Positions 26,021-38,547 of a stretch of DNA of 64,000 nucleotides are shown here, piece after piece. The stretch spans positions 204,168,001 to 204,232,000 of the forward strand of contig NC_086100.1 of assembly GCF_963921235.1 (NCBI RefSeq), given 5' to 3'. The number at the start of each line of letters is the position of its first letter. Position 1 is the first letter of the stretch. The DNA is from Mobula hypostoma (Eukaryota). A program made the position numbers and the translations under genes. The notes under the pieces are model-generated. The model searched no databases. It had not been told where the DNA came from and worked only from the letters and a program-made list of their open reading frames with translations.

Positions 26021-28665
26021 ATTAGGGAAATAAGGGAGGAGGGGTGGCATTACTGGTCAGGGATATTATTACAGCTACAGAAAGGGTGGGCAATGTAGCA
26101 GGATCCTCTTTTGAGTCAATATGGGTGGAAGTCAGGAACAGGAAGGGAGCAGTTACTCTACTCTGGGTATTCTATAGGCCCCCTGGTAGCAGCAGAGATA
26201 CAGAGGAGCAGATTGGGAGGCAGATTTTGGAAAGGTGCATAAATAACAGAGTTGTTATCATGGGTGACTTTAACTTCCCTAATATTGATTGGCACCTGAT
26301 TAGTTCCAAGGGTTTAGATGGGGCAGAGTTTGTTAAGTGTGTCCAGGATGGATTCCTGTCACAGTATGTGGACAGGCTGACCGGGGGAATGCCATATTAG
26401 ATCTAGTACTAGGTAATGAACCGGGTCAGGTCACAGATCTCTCAGTGGGTGAGCATCTGGGGGACAGTGACCACTGCTCCCTGGCCTTTATAATTATCAT
26501 GGAAAAGGATAGAATCAAACAGGACAGGAAAATTTTTAATTGGGGAAAGGCAAATTAAGAGGCTATAAGGCTAGAAATTGTGGGTGTGAATTGGGATGAT
26601 GATTTTGCAGGGAAATGTACTATGGACATGTGGTCGATGTTTAGAGATCTCTTGAGGGATGTCAGGGATAAATTTGTCCCAGTGAGAAAGATAAAGAATG
26701 GTAGGGTGAAGGAACCATGGGTGACAAGTGAGGTGGAAAATCTAGTCAGGTGGAAGAAGGCAGCATACATGAGGTTTAGGAAGCAAGGATCAGATGGGTC
26801 TATTGAGGAATACAGGGAAGCAAGAAAGGAGCTTAAGAAGGGGCTGAGAAGAGCAAGAAGGGGGCATGAGAAGGCCTTGGCGAGTAGGGTAAAGGGAAAC
26901 CCCAAGGCATTCTTCAATTATGTGAAGAAAAAAAGGATGACAGGAGTGAAGGTAGGACCGATTAGAGATAAAGGTGGGAAAATGTGCCTGGAGGCTGTGG
27001 AAGTGAGCGAGGTCCTCAATGAATACTTCTCTTCGGTATTCACCAATGAGAGGGAACTTGATGATGGTGAGGATAATATGAGTGAGGTTGATGTTCTGGA
27101 GCATGTTGATATTAAGGGAGAGGAGGTGTTGGAGTTGTTGAAATACATTAGGAGAGATAAGTCCCCGGGGCCTGACGGAATATTCCCTAGACTGCTCCAT
27201 GAGGTGAGAGAAGAGATTGCTGAGCCTCTGGCTAGGATCTTTATGTCCTCGTTGTCCACGAGAATGGTACCGGAAGATTGGAGGAAGGTGAATGTTGTTC
27301 CCTTGTTCAAAAAAAGGTAGTAGGGATATTCCGCGTAATTATAGACCAGTGAGCCATACGTCTGTGGTGGGAAAGCTGTTGGAAAAGATTCTTAGAGATA
27401 GGATCCATAGACATTTAGAGAATCATGGTCTGATCAGGGACAATTAGCAAGCTTTGTGAAGGGCAGATCGTGTCTAACAAGCCTGATAGAGTTCTTTGAG
27501 GAGGTGATCAGGCATATAGATGAGGGCAGTGCAGTGGATGTGATCTATATGGATTTTAGTAAGGCATTTGACAAGGTTCCACACGGTAGGCTTATTCAGA
27601 AAGTTAGAAGGCATGGGATCCAGGGAAGTTTGGCCAGGTGGATTCAGAATTTGCTTGCCTGCAGAAGGCAGAGGGTGGTGGTGGAGGGAGTACGTTCGGA
27701 TTGGAGGATTGTGACTTGTGGTGTCCCACAAGGATCTGTTCTGCGACTTCTACTTTTCGTGATATTTATTAACGACCTGGATGTGGGGATAGAAGGGTGG
27801 GTTGGCAAGTTTGCAGACGACACAATGGTTGGTGGTGTTGTAGATAGTGTAGAGAATTGTCAAAGGTTGCAGAGAGACATTGATAGGATGCAGAAGTGGG
27901 CTGAGAAGTGGCAGATGGAGTTCAACCCAGAGAAGAGTGAGGTGGTACACTTTGGAAGGACAAACTCCAAGGCAGAGTACAAAGTAAATGGCAGGATACT
28001 TAGTAGTGTGGAGGAGCAGAGGGATCACAGGGTTCATGTCCACAGATCCCAGAAAGTTGCCTCACAGGTGGATAGGGTAGTTAAGAAAGCTTATGGGGTG
28101 TTAGCTTTCATAAGTCGAAGGATAGAGTTTAAGAGTCGCGATGTAATGATGCAGCTCTATAAAACTCTGGTTTGGCCACACTTGGAGTACTGTGTCCAGT
28201 TCTGGTCACCTCACTATAGGAAGGATGTGGAAGCATTGGATAGAGTACAGAGATTTACCAGGATGCTGCCTGGTTTAGAAAGTATGCATTATGATCAGAG
28301 ATTAATGGAGCTTAATGAGAGGAGACATGATAGAGGTGTACAAGATAATAAGAGGAATAGATAGAGTGGATAGCCAGCGCCTCTTACCCAGGGCACCACT
28401 GCTCAATGCAAGAGGACATGGCTTTAAGGTAAGGGGTGGGAAGTTCAAGGGGGATACTAGAGGAAGGTTTTTTACTCAGAGAGTGGTTGTTGCGTTGAAT
28501 GCACTGCCTGAGTCAGTGGTGGAGGCAGATAGACTAGCGAAGTTTAAGAGACTACTAGACAGGTATATGGAGGAATCTGAGGTGGGGGCTTATATGGGAG
28601 GCAGGGTTTGAGGGTCGGCACAACATTGTGGGCCAAAGGGCCTGTACTGTGCTGTACTATTCTAT
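26021..28665 (+). mobile_element. Second-family CR1 LINE ORF2, 5'-truncated and disrupted
   Basis: FYRPP, GDFNFP, GDSDH, KSPGPDG, GVPQGSVL, KFADD; ends ...TATTCTATG. Confidence 0.92.
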
Positions 28666-29184
28666 GACTCAGAGTCGGACTGTGGTTGGGCATGGCAGGG
28701 AGAATTTTCTTCCTTCTCCCGTCTGCGCGGCATGTGGGACATTCAAGAGACTTTGAACTTTTACTGTGCCATGGCCTGTTCTTCATCAAGTTATGGTATT
28801 GTTGCACTGTTGTAACTATATGTTATAAATATGTGGTTTTGTTAATTTTTTCAGTCTTGGTCTGTCCTGTGTTTTGTGATATCACACTGGAGGAATATTG
28901 TATCATTTCTTAATGCATGCATTACTAAATGACAATAAAAGAGGACTGCGTGTCCTCATAATCTAAAAAAAGAGTATAGGAAAGAATGGAATAAAAGCAC
29001 CTTGAGTTTATAACTTGACAAGTAAAATCACCAGTGAACGCAAGAATAGCGAGTTTTAGCAACAAAACCAGCAGGTGTGATGTCAAACAACTACCTCTAC
29101 ATCTGCAGCTATTCATGCTGCCAACACAACAAAATGCACACCATGAAAGAACGGAGCTCCAACCTCGCCTGATATATTACCGAC

Positions 29185-29398
29185 CTAATACAACAATGAG
29201 CCTTGTTGCCACAGCTGTTATCACGTTGTAAGCAATGCAGGTGTAATTGCCAGTGTGATTCAAAGACAGACCTGCAATAATCAGCTGTTGCCCACTTAAC
29301 CAAAATGTTGAATTATCTCGATTCCATTGAAACTGAGCAGCGGGGTCTGAAACAGCAGAGCAAAAAAAGCTCTGAGCTGGTGGATGAGCGCGGTGATT
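29185..29398 (-). pseudogene. CEACAM-like IgC exon
   Basis: [39 protein letters not shown] has the C-W-YxC Ig core; phase-1 donor AG|GTCGGT; 5' boundary tentative. Confidence 0.8.
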
Positions 29399-29469
29399 CT
29401 GGTCAATCAAAAACAAGTGTTTCAAAAATAATACACAAGCTTGAAAAACTGCCAGACTTTGAGCTTCTC

Positions 29470-30195
29470 ACACCAGCAGATGCAATCTCCATGGCTCTTC
29501 ACACAGCTTTAGACTACCTGGACAACACAAACACCTATGTCAGGATGCTGTTCAGCGACTACAGCTCAGCATCTAATACCATCATTCCCACAATCCTGAT
29601 TGAGAAGTTGCAGAACCTGGGCCTCTGTACTTCCCTCTGTAATTGGATCCTCAATTTCCTAACCGGAAGACTACAGTCTGTGCGGATTGGTGATAACATA
29701 TCCTCCTCGCTGACGATCAACACTGACGATCGCGCTCCTCAGGGGTGTGTGCTTAGCCCACTGCTCTACTCTCTGTATACACATGACTGTGTGGCTAGGC
29801 ATAGCTCAAATACCATCTGCAAATTTGCTGATGATACAGCCATTGTTGGTAGACTTTCAGGTGGTGACGAGAGAGCATACAGGAGTGAGATATGCCAACT
29901 AGTGGAGTGGTGTCGCAACAACAACCTGGCACTCAATGTCAGTAAGATAAAAGTGCTGATTGTGGACTTCAGGAAGGGTAAGACAAAGGAACACATACCA
30001 ATCCTCAAAGAGGGATCAGAAATTGAGAGATTGAGCAGCTTCAAGTTCCTGGATGTCAAGATCTCTGAGGATCTAACCTGGTCCCAACCCACTGATGCAG
30101 TTCTAAAGAAGGCAAGACAGCGGCTATACTTTATTAGCAGTTTGAAGCGATTCAGTATGTCAACAAATACGCTCAAAAATTTCTCCATTTTTACC
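29470..30195 (+). mobile_element. Rex1/Babar LINE RT fragment
   Basis: [38 protein letters not shown]. Confidence 0.9.
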
Positions 30196-31430
30196 ACCAT
30201 TCACAACCTTTCTATTTGCGGCTTTGCTTGAACTTTTAATGTCATTTATTTTCACCCCAGCCACACTGTCAGCTCTGGCACTCTGGTTCCCATCCTCATC
30301 TGCAAATTTGCTAATGTTACTTTTAATCCCTTCATCTAAATCATTAATGTATATTGTAAATACCTGCTGTCCCAGCACTGAGCCTTGCGGTACCCCACTA
30401 GTCACTGTCTGCCATTCTGAAAAGGACCCATTAATCCCTACTCTTTGTTTTCTGTCCGCCAACCAATTTTCTATCCATGTCAATACCCTACCCCCAATAC
30501 CATTTGCTCTAATTTTGTGCACTAACCTCCTATATGGGACCTTATCGAAGGCTTTCTGAAAGTCCAGGTACACTACATCCACTGGCTTTCCCATGTCCAT
30601 TTTCATAGTTACATTCAAAAAAAATTCCAGAAGATTAGTCAAGCATAATTTCCCCTTCGTAAATCCATGCTGACTCGGACCTATTCTGCCACTGCTATCC
30701 AAATGTGCTGCTATTACGTCTTTTATAATTGATTCCAGCATCTTCCCCAGCACTGATGTCAGACTAACTGGTCTATAATTGCCTGTTTTCTCTCTCCCTC
30801 CTTTCTTAAAAAGTGGGATAACATTAGCCACCCTCCAGTCCTCAGGAACTGATCCTGAATCTATAGGACATTGGAAAATGATTACCAATGCATCCACGAT
30901 TTCCACAGCCACCTCCTTCAGTACCCTGGGATGCAGACCATCAGGCCCTGGGGATTTATCAACCTTCAGTCCCATCAGTTTACCCAACACCATTTTGTGC
31001 CTGATGCAAATCTCCTTCAGTTCCTCTGTTACCTTAGGTCTTCCGGCCACCATTACATTTGGGAGATTGTGTCTTCCCTAGTGAAGACAGATCCAAAGTG
31101 CCTGTTCAGCTCATCTGCCATTTCCTTGTTCCCCATAATAATTTCACCCGTTTCTGTCTTCAAGGGCCCAACTTTGGTCTTAACTAACTTTTTCCTCTTC
31201 ACATACCTAAAGAAGCTTTTACTATCCTCCTTTATATTCTTGGCTACCTTACCTTCGTACCTCATCTTTTCCCCCTGTACTGCCTTTTCAGTTATCTTCT
31301 GTTGCTTCTTAAAAGTCCCCAATCCTCTGGCTTCCCACTCATCCTTGCTATGTTCTACTTCCTCTCTTTTATTTTTATACTGTCCTTGACTTCCCTTGTC
31401 ATCCACAGTCGCCCCTTACTCCCCTTAGAG
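30196..31430 (-). mobile_element. CR1 LINE ORF2 fragment
   Basis: Minus ORFs 31053-31406 and 30160-31053 (KSPGPDG, YRPVSLTS, GVPQGSVLG, KFAD). Confidence 0.9.
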
Positions 31431-32703
31431 AGAGATGAAATCTGACGCCAGTAATATAAAAGGATTTTTCAAAATATTTTCCAGATATAGTAAGCGTAAA
31501 AGAGAAGAGAGAGAGTGGATAAGGGACTGCTGGAAAAGAACCTCAGAGCGTTAGTAATGAGGAACAAAAATGTAGCAGATGAACAACTATTTTGTGTCAG
31601 TATTCACTATGGAAGGCAATAACAGTATGCAGGAAATTCAAGAGTGTCAGGAAGCAGTAGTGAACAGAGCAGGCCAGGCAGCACCTCTTCCTAGAGGTGC
31701 TGCCTGGCCTGCTGCATTCACCAGCAACTTTTATGTGTGTTGCTTGAATTTCCAGCATCTGCAGAATTCCTGTTGTTTTAGTAGTGAACAGAGTTGCTAT
31801 TGCCTAGGAGAAGGTTCTGGGGAGGCTGAAAGGTGCGGAGATAACTAACTCATTGGACCAGATGGACTTCACCCCAGTGTTATGAAAGACATAGCTGAAG
31901 AGATTGTGGAGGCATTAGTCATGATCTTTCAAGAATCACTAGATTTTGGAATGATTGTGGACGATTGGAAAATTACAAATGCCACTTCACTACCTAAAAA
32001 CAGAGGGAGACAGGAGGATGGAAAGCGTGGACCTGCTCTCCTCACTTTAGTGTGGAGGAAGGTGCTAGATACCATTATTAAGGATGACATTCTGGTACTG
32101 GGAGGGACATGATTAAATAAGCTAAGGTTAGCATTGTTCCTTTCAGGCGACATCTTGCCTGACAAATCTGGAATTCTTTAAGAAAACAGCGGGTAAGATA
32201 GTCAAAGGGGAGTCACTGGATATTGTTGATTTTCAGAAGGTCTTCGACAAGATGCCACACATGAGACTGTTTAACATGGTAGACTCCCAAGGTATTGCAC
32301 GAAATAACAATGATGGATGACTGGCCGACTGGCAGGCGCAAGGTGTGTGAATCGATGTGATCTATTCTTGTTGGCTGCCATTGGTGCTCCACAGGGGTCG
32401 GTGTGGGTCCACTACTTTTCACATTATATCTCAATGATTTGGAAGATGGAACTAATTGCTTTGCAGATATTACAGAAATAGGTAGTGGAACAGGTATTAT
32501 TCAGGAAGCAGGGAGTATGCAAAAATACTGAGACAGATTGGAAGGATGGCCAAAGAGCCAGATGAAATATCACACAAGGGGGTGTCTCGTCGTGCAGTTT
32601 GGTATAACTAATAAGGGTGCAGACTATTTTCCAAACCGAGAGAACATTTAATAATCAGAGGTACAACAGCACCCGGGAGTTCTTGCACAGGATTCCCTAA
32701 AGA
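31431..32703 (+). mobile_element. Old CR1 ORF2 fragment
   Basis: Decayed RT motifs (EEIVEALVMIFQESL; GAPQGSV). Confidence 0.75.
31670..31779 (+). mobile_element. 110-bp Penelope-tail hairpin element
   Basis: About 20-bp perfect stem with TCCT loop, then Penelope terminus; 14-bp TSD AGTAGTGAACAGAG (31656-31669, 31780-31793). Confidence 0.9.
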
Positions 32704-33812
32704 TCATAAGGCCATAAGAGATAGGAGCAGATTTAGGCATTTGGCCCATCGAGCTTGCTCTGCAATTTCAAATCATCCATTTCCCTCTCAGCCTCATTCA
32801 CCTGCTTTACCATCCCCCCTCCCCATATTCCTTTATGCCTTCACTAGTTACTAATCTGCTAACCCGTGCCTTAAATATACCCAAGGATGATCTGCACAGC
32901 CGCTGTGGCAAAGAATTCCACAGATTCACCACTCTCTGCATAAAGCAATTCCTCCTCATCTCCTTTCAAAAATCAACATCACTATTCCGAGGCAGTGTCC
33001 TCTGGCCTTAGTCTCCCCACCATAGGAAACGTCCACTGCACATCAACTCTATTGAGACATTTCAACATTTAATACTGTTTAATGCTTCCTACCTCATTTT
33101 TCTGATTTCCAGCAAGTACAGCCCCAGAGCCACCAGACCTTCCCTATATGATATGTCCTTCAAACCCGCAATCATTTTGGCTAGTGTCCTTTGAACCATC
33201 TCTAACGTCAGCATATGATCTCTTAGCTAGGCGGCCCAGAACCATTCATTATATTCCAATTGAGGCCTCACCAGCATCGAATAAAGCCTTAACATTTTAT
33301 CACAGCTTTTCTATTCCAATTCTCTCGAAATGAAGACCAACATCATATTTACCTTCCTCACCACTGACTCAACCCCCAAATTAACATTTAGGGAATACTG
33401 TATGGGGGCACCTAAGTCCCTTTGCACCAGAGACTTATGACTTCTCTCTCAATTTAGAAAATTGTCTATGTATTTATCTCTTCTACTGTATTTGTATGCT
33501 CATACACCTCCAAACACTCTATTCCATTGGTCACTTTTTGCGCATTACACCAACCAGTTTAAGTTATTCTGTAGCCTCTCTGCTTCCTGATCATTACCTG
33601 TCTCTTCACCTATCTTTGTATCATCTGCACACTTGGACACAAAGCCATCAATTCTTTTCATTCAAATCTCTGACAGTAAAAGAAAAAAAATAGAAGTGGT
33701 CCCAACACAGTCCCCTGAGGAAAACCACTAGTCATCGGCAGCCAACTGGAAGAGGCTCCCCTTGTTCTGACTTTTTTACCTCCTGCCAATTATCCAACTC
33801 TGTATCTGTGAT
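32704..33812 (-). mobile_element. Old CR1 3' fragment
   Basis: Begins CATAAGGCCATAAG (reverse CR1 tail); antisense to the RT C-terminus. Confidence 0.75.
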
Positions 33813-33817
33813 TCTAG

Positions 33818-34875
33818 CATGGATAAGGCAGGGGCTGACTGTTATCAGGCAAAGAGTGAAAACAAAGGGAGCCTTTTCTGATTGACTGCCGGTGACGAGA
33901 GGTCTGTGTAGGGTCTGAATCTTTTTACATTGTTTGTCAATGATTTAGATGATGGAATTGATGGCTGTGTTGTGAAGTTTGCAGACCATATGAAGACATG
34001 TGGAGGGTCGTCTAGATCGGAGGACGTAGAGAGGCTAGAGAAGGACAGAGAGATTTGGAGAGTGGGTAAAAGAATGGCACCTGGAAAGGCAGTGTCTAGA
34101 AGTGTATGGTCATCCACCATGGTAGAAGAAATAAAACTGATGACTATTTTCTAAATGGAGAGAAAATACGAAGAATGGAAGTGCAAAGGGACTTGGAAGT
34201 CCTTGTGCAGGATTCTCTTAAGGTTAATTTGCAAGCTGAGTCTGTGGTGAGGAAGGCAAATGCAATGTTGGCATTCATTCCAACACAAGAATATAAAATA
34301 AGATGTAATGTGTGACCGGTGAGGCCACAGATGGGACAGATGTTTAGTTTTTGACGTCTTAGAAACGATGTGCTGATACTGGGGAGGGTTCAAACGATGT
34401 TCACATAAATGACTCCAGAATTGATTTGCTTATCATATGAGCTTTCAATGGCTCTAGGGAAGTACTCACTGCAACTGAGAAGAATGAGGGGTGACCTCAT
34501 TGAAACATGTCAAATTGTGAAAGGCTTTGAATGCGTGGATGTGGAGAAGATGTTTCTATAGGGGCGGAGCATAAGATCAGATGACACAGCCTCGGAATAG
34601 TGGGGCTTCCTTTTAAAATGGAGAAAAGGAGGTATTTCTTTAGCCACTGACTCGCGAATCTGTGGAATTCTTTGACACAGGCCGCTATGGAGGCCAAGTC
34701 TCTGTATATTTCAGGCAGAGGTCGATAGGTTCTTGATTGGTCAGGGCATGAAGGGATATGGGGAGAAGGCAAGAGATTGGGGCAGAGGGGAAAATTAGAT
34801 CAAATTGGATGATGAAATGATGCAGCAGACTCGATGGGTAAAATGGCCTAATTCTGTCCATATATCTTATTGATT
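33818..34875 (+). mobile_element. Old CR1 3' fragment
   Basis: FVNDLDDGIDGCVVKFAD, QRDLEVLVQDSLK; CR1-type 3' UTR. Confidence 0.8.
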
Positions 34876-35624
34876 CTCATAGCCATGATGTAATGCAGAA
34901 GCTTCGTACTGTATTGATCAGACAGCACTTGGAGTATTGTGAGCAGATTTGGGCCCCTCTTCTGAGAAATTGTGTGTCAGGATTGGAGAGGGTCCAGAGG
35001 AGGTTAACATGTAGGTTTCCCTCCAAGCTGTGCAGGTGAGCGTCCGGGCAGTAGTTGAAATGTTCCCACGCATATAGGTTTCGTTGCCACGCAGCTTGAA
35101 TTTTCTTTTATACTGTATAATTTTCATTCAAAGTGCGGCACATTTTTCAGGCTGTTTAAGAATATTCAGCTCAGAGGAGTGGCTGGGCCGAACAATTAAA
35201 AAAAAATGAGGGATTGTTCTTCACAAGAAAGATTCCAGGACTGAAGAGGGTGAGGAATGTTTGATGCCTGTAGTCACAGGAGTTTGGAAAACTGAGGTGA
35301 CATCTCATTGAAACCTACTGAATATTAATAGTTCTAAAGTCCTAGATGGAGTGGATATGGCCAGTGCGTGGGCTGTATGACTATGAATCTATAGTATACC
35401 TCTCTGCTGATGGAAGATAAACTGGCGTAAATGTCTGACATTGTTACAACAAGCATAATGCATACTACTGAACAATGCAAAGCTCCTCACTCAGTAATCC
35501 AAATCAAAGCAACAATGAAATGCCTATACAGCTTTCGAACATGAGTGTATATTGGTAACCAATGCCAGTATCCTTGCGTTTTCACGTGTAAAAATAGCAA
35601 CACTGAAGGTGAGCTCAAAGCACA

Positions 35625-36350
35625 CGACCATAAGACAAAGGAGCAGAATTGGGCCATTTTATCCTTTTTTTCTCCTCCTCAACCCCAGTTCCCAACCTTC
35701 TCCCTGTAACCTTCGATGTCATGTCCAATCAAGAACCCATCAATCTCTGCCTTAAACACAACCAACAACCTGGCCTCTACAGCTGCAGGTGGCAACAAAT
35801 CCCACAAATTCACCAGCCTCTGGCTAAAGAAATTTCTCCACATCTGTTTTAAAAGGACACCCCTCTGTCCTGAGTCTGTGCCCTCTTGTCCTAGACTCCC
35901 CCACCATGGGAAACATCCTTTTCACATCTACTCTGTCTAGGCCTTTCAACATTAGAAAGGTTTCAATGAGATCCCCCATCATCCTTTTGAGTTTCAGTGA
36001 GTACAGACCCAAAGACATCAAAAGTCCCTTTCATTCCTGGAATCATCCTCGTGAACCTCCTCTGGACTCTCTCCAATGCCATACAATTCTTCTAAGATGA
36101 GGACACCCAAGTCCCTTTGCATCTCAGCTTTTTGGATTTTCTCTGCATTTAAAACACAGTCCACACATTTATTTCTACTACCAATGTGCATGACCATGTA
36201 TTTCCAACATTATATTTCATTTGCCACTTTCTTGCTCATTCTCCTTATCTGTCCAAGTGCTTCTGCATGCTACCTGTTTCCTCAACATTACCTGCCCCTC
36301 CACCAATCTTTGTATCACTTGCAAGCTTGGCAACAAAGCCATCTACTTCA
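35625..36350 (-). mobile_element. CR1 3' fragment
   Basis: Minus ORF LGLYSLKLKRMMGDLIETF..SRTRGHRLR. Confidence 0.8.
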
Positions 36351-37827
36351 TGCAAGTATTTATTTTAACAATCTGGAAACTGTCGTAGAGATCTGGCAAA
36401 GAATAGTGTCCTCTGCATTCAATTCTGAACATACACTGGAGACTTAATAGACTTTAGACCAAATCTGCCTTGTCTGGTGCTGATGCAGGGCTGTGGTCAA
36501 GTTGTGACAGGGCATATGTTTGCCTGTTCTGGAGAATCTGGGAGCACAGATCCGAGGCAGAACAGGTGCCCATGGTTTGCTGAGAACATTATTGATCTCT
36601 CAAAACCGCATCTGAAGAAATGTGTTACATTTCTCTCTCCACAGCTTTTACCTGGCTTGCTGATGTTTCTGATTGTTTGTCTTTTTTTTAATTTCAGAGT
36701 TATACCATCTGGGTTATTTGTCTTTCAGTCACTGGAGAAAAATGTGACAATTTACTCTGTGGTTGTTTGAGATGGATGTGCAGAATCTGAATGCTCAGAT
36801 TACACGTCACTGGCTGCATCATCAGATTTTTTTTCAGGATCATTATCAGTGGTTAAGTAGATTTCCTGGAAGCTGCATTGCCCCACGAGTCAACGGGCAT
36901 GGCTCACCCGAACTCCGTCCTTGCCAACAGCAACAGGAACAACTTTCCAGTTAAACATATGAACCATTACACACGTGACATTTGATCAGTTTGATCTTTT
37001 CATCAGGAGCCAAAGCACATTCTTTTAATCCCCGATGAACACATTTTTTTTTCACAATCTCTGTCTTCCTATTAAACGTTTCATATTTCATCGCGGGATT
37101 ATCTTCTGATTCTGAACATCTGCGTTATATGTCTATTTCCAAAGAAACTTTCAGGGTTCCAGAGCGGTGACATTGTGGGCAGTGCATCCCTGGGCGTCAC
37201 AGGACAATTCAGCTGACGTGCAGGGGTTAAACTGCCCACAAGATCACACAAAGCGACATCAGCTCAATTTATTTTTCCAAAAATACTTTATTCAGAAGTA
37301 TTACAATATAAAGTCATTTACATAAACACACACACACACAGAGCTACTAAAGGATTAATATCATTCAAACGCGGGATGAAAGGATTCATTTTGTGACTGG
37401 GAACGCCTTATCGTCTGGTCACTACTGACGTCACATCAGGTTTTACATAAAGCTATACTAAACGGAAATAAGTGAAAAAATTGAGGGGAAAAAACTCCTC
37501 TATCAAAGAATAGGTTTTTTTTAAAGTAAACTGGCGTAATCAGGCGAGGCGTGACCGTTGGGCTGAGCCGGGACACTCGGCCTTGGGTTCCACACCCACA
37601 AGCCCCCTCGATCTTATTTTATCCAGCCAGCCGACGCCTTTCCGGCAAGATCCCACAGTAAATAAAGGACAGGGTCATCCTATGAATTGGCTAACAGTTC
37701 CCGATTAACAGAAGATAAACCTCCAAGACGTTAGTGACTTACAGAGTACCAAATTAAATTGGACAGTAAAGATAAAACACAGGATTAAAGAGAAAAATAG
37801 AAGCCCTACAGCCAACGTCTCACTTAC

Positions 37828-38143
37828 CAGTGACTTGGAGAGTGATGGTCGCTGAGGTTTGCGAGCCTTTGGTTGGGACCATGTTCACCTGGTATTCCCC
37901 ACTGTCATACTTGTTCACCAACTTCAGCAGTAGCGACCCGTTGTTAGTGAACAGCTCGGCTCGCGAATAAGAATTATCAACAGACAGGGTTTGACCGATC
38001 CACTGGCAGACCGTTTTCTCGTTAAAGGTCCAGCTTCCACTGGAGATCTCATCCGACGGCCACACTGAAAAAAAACGCATTTCCACCCACGGTTGCATTT
38101 ATTTGTCTGTGCTCCACCATGATGGTAAAATTCAGAGACTCAC
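37828..38143 (-). pseudogene. CEACAM-like N-terminal IgV exon (frameshift in a T8 run)
   Basis: Acceptor TCCCCAG, donor G|GTAAGT. ESLNFTIMVEHRQINATVGGNAF / SVWPSDEISSGSWTFN..RAELFTNNGSLLLKLVNKYDSGEYQV..ITLQVT: NGSLLL and DSGxY motifs, no canonical B/F disulfide, as in CEACAM N domains. Length 316 (315+1). Confidence 0.88.
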
Positions 38144-38324
38144 CTGGGGAAGAGAAAATGTTATGAGGGTAAAGCGACAAACAGACGGAGAAATGTGCTT
38201 AGCTCAGTGAGTACAGACTTTTAAGATCTGTACTCGGCTCAATAAGATCGTCTCTTGTCAACTGATCTTCTTTCCTACATCCCACGTCCACCCTCTGACC
38301 ACTAACCGTCCCAGCGACCCTCAC

Positions 38325-38400
38325 CAGCGGTTATGAAGAAACAAAGAACAAGCGCTGCGTTCGGCATCGGCATCGGCATCGGCACCGGCACCGGCACCAT
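38325..38400 (-). pseudogene. CEACAM-like leader (signal peptide) exon
   Basis: ATG at 38400; MVPVPVPMPMPMPNAALVLCFFITA then phase-1 donor G|GTGAGG, matching the IgV exon phase. Confidence 0.8.
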
Positions 38401-38454
38401 ATCGAGAGAACAGCATCCGCCTGCTCCCGCACTCGGAGGCACAAACACACCTCT

Positions 38455-38535
38455 CGGTCTCCCCGCCACGTCATCAGAGGCGGCACCGCTCATTGGACCA
38501 AATTTCCAGCGAACCAACATGCGCACACACGCCAG
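38455..38535 (-). promoter_or_regulatory. Putative proximal promoter of the CEACAM-like gene
   Basis: CpG-rich; TGACGTGG (38466-38473) next to a GC box, CCAAT (38492-38496), 60-130 bp upstream of the ATG. Confidence 0.5.
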
Positions 38536-38547
38536 TCATATACGACC

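Larger units (their letters stand above)
22997..28965 (+). mobile_element. About 630-bp non-coding LINE-dependent (SINE-like) element split by a 5.3-kb CR1 composite
   Basis: 22997-23321 plus 28666-28965 together match the uninterrupted inverted copy at 44281-44912; GACT repeated at the break; ends AATAAA...ATAATCT. Confidence 0.75.

Noticed and set aside
29305..30231. 308-aa novel gene
   Set aside because: Chance read-through from the antisense of an Ig exon into a Rex1 RT fragment.
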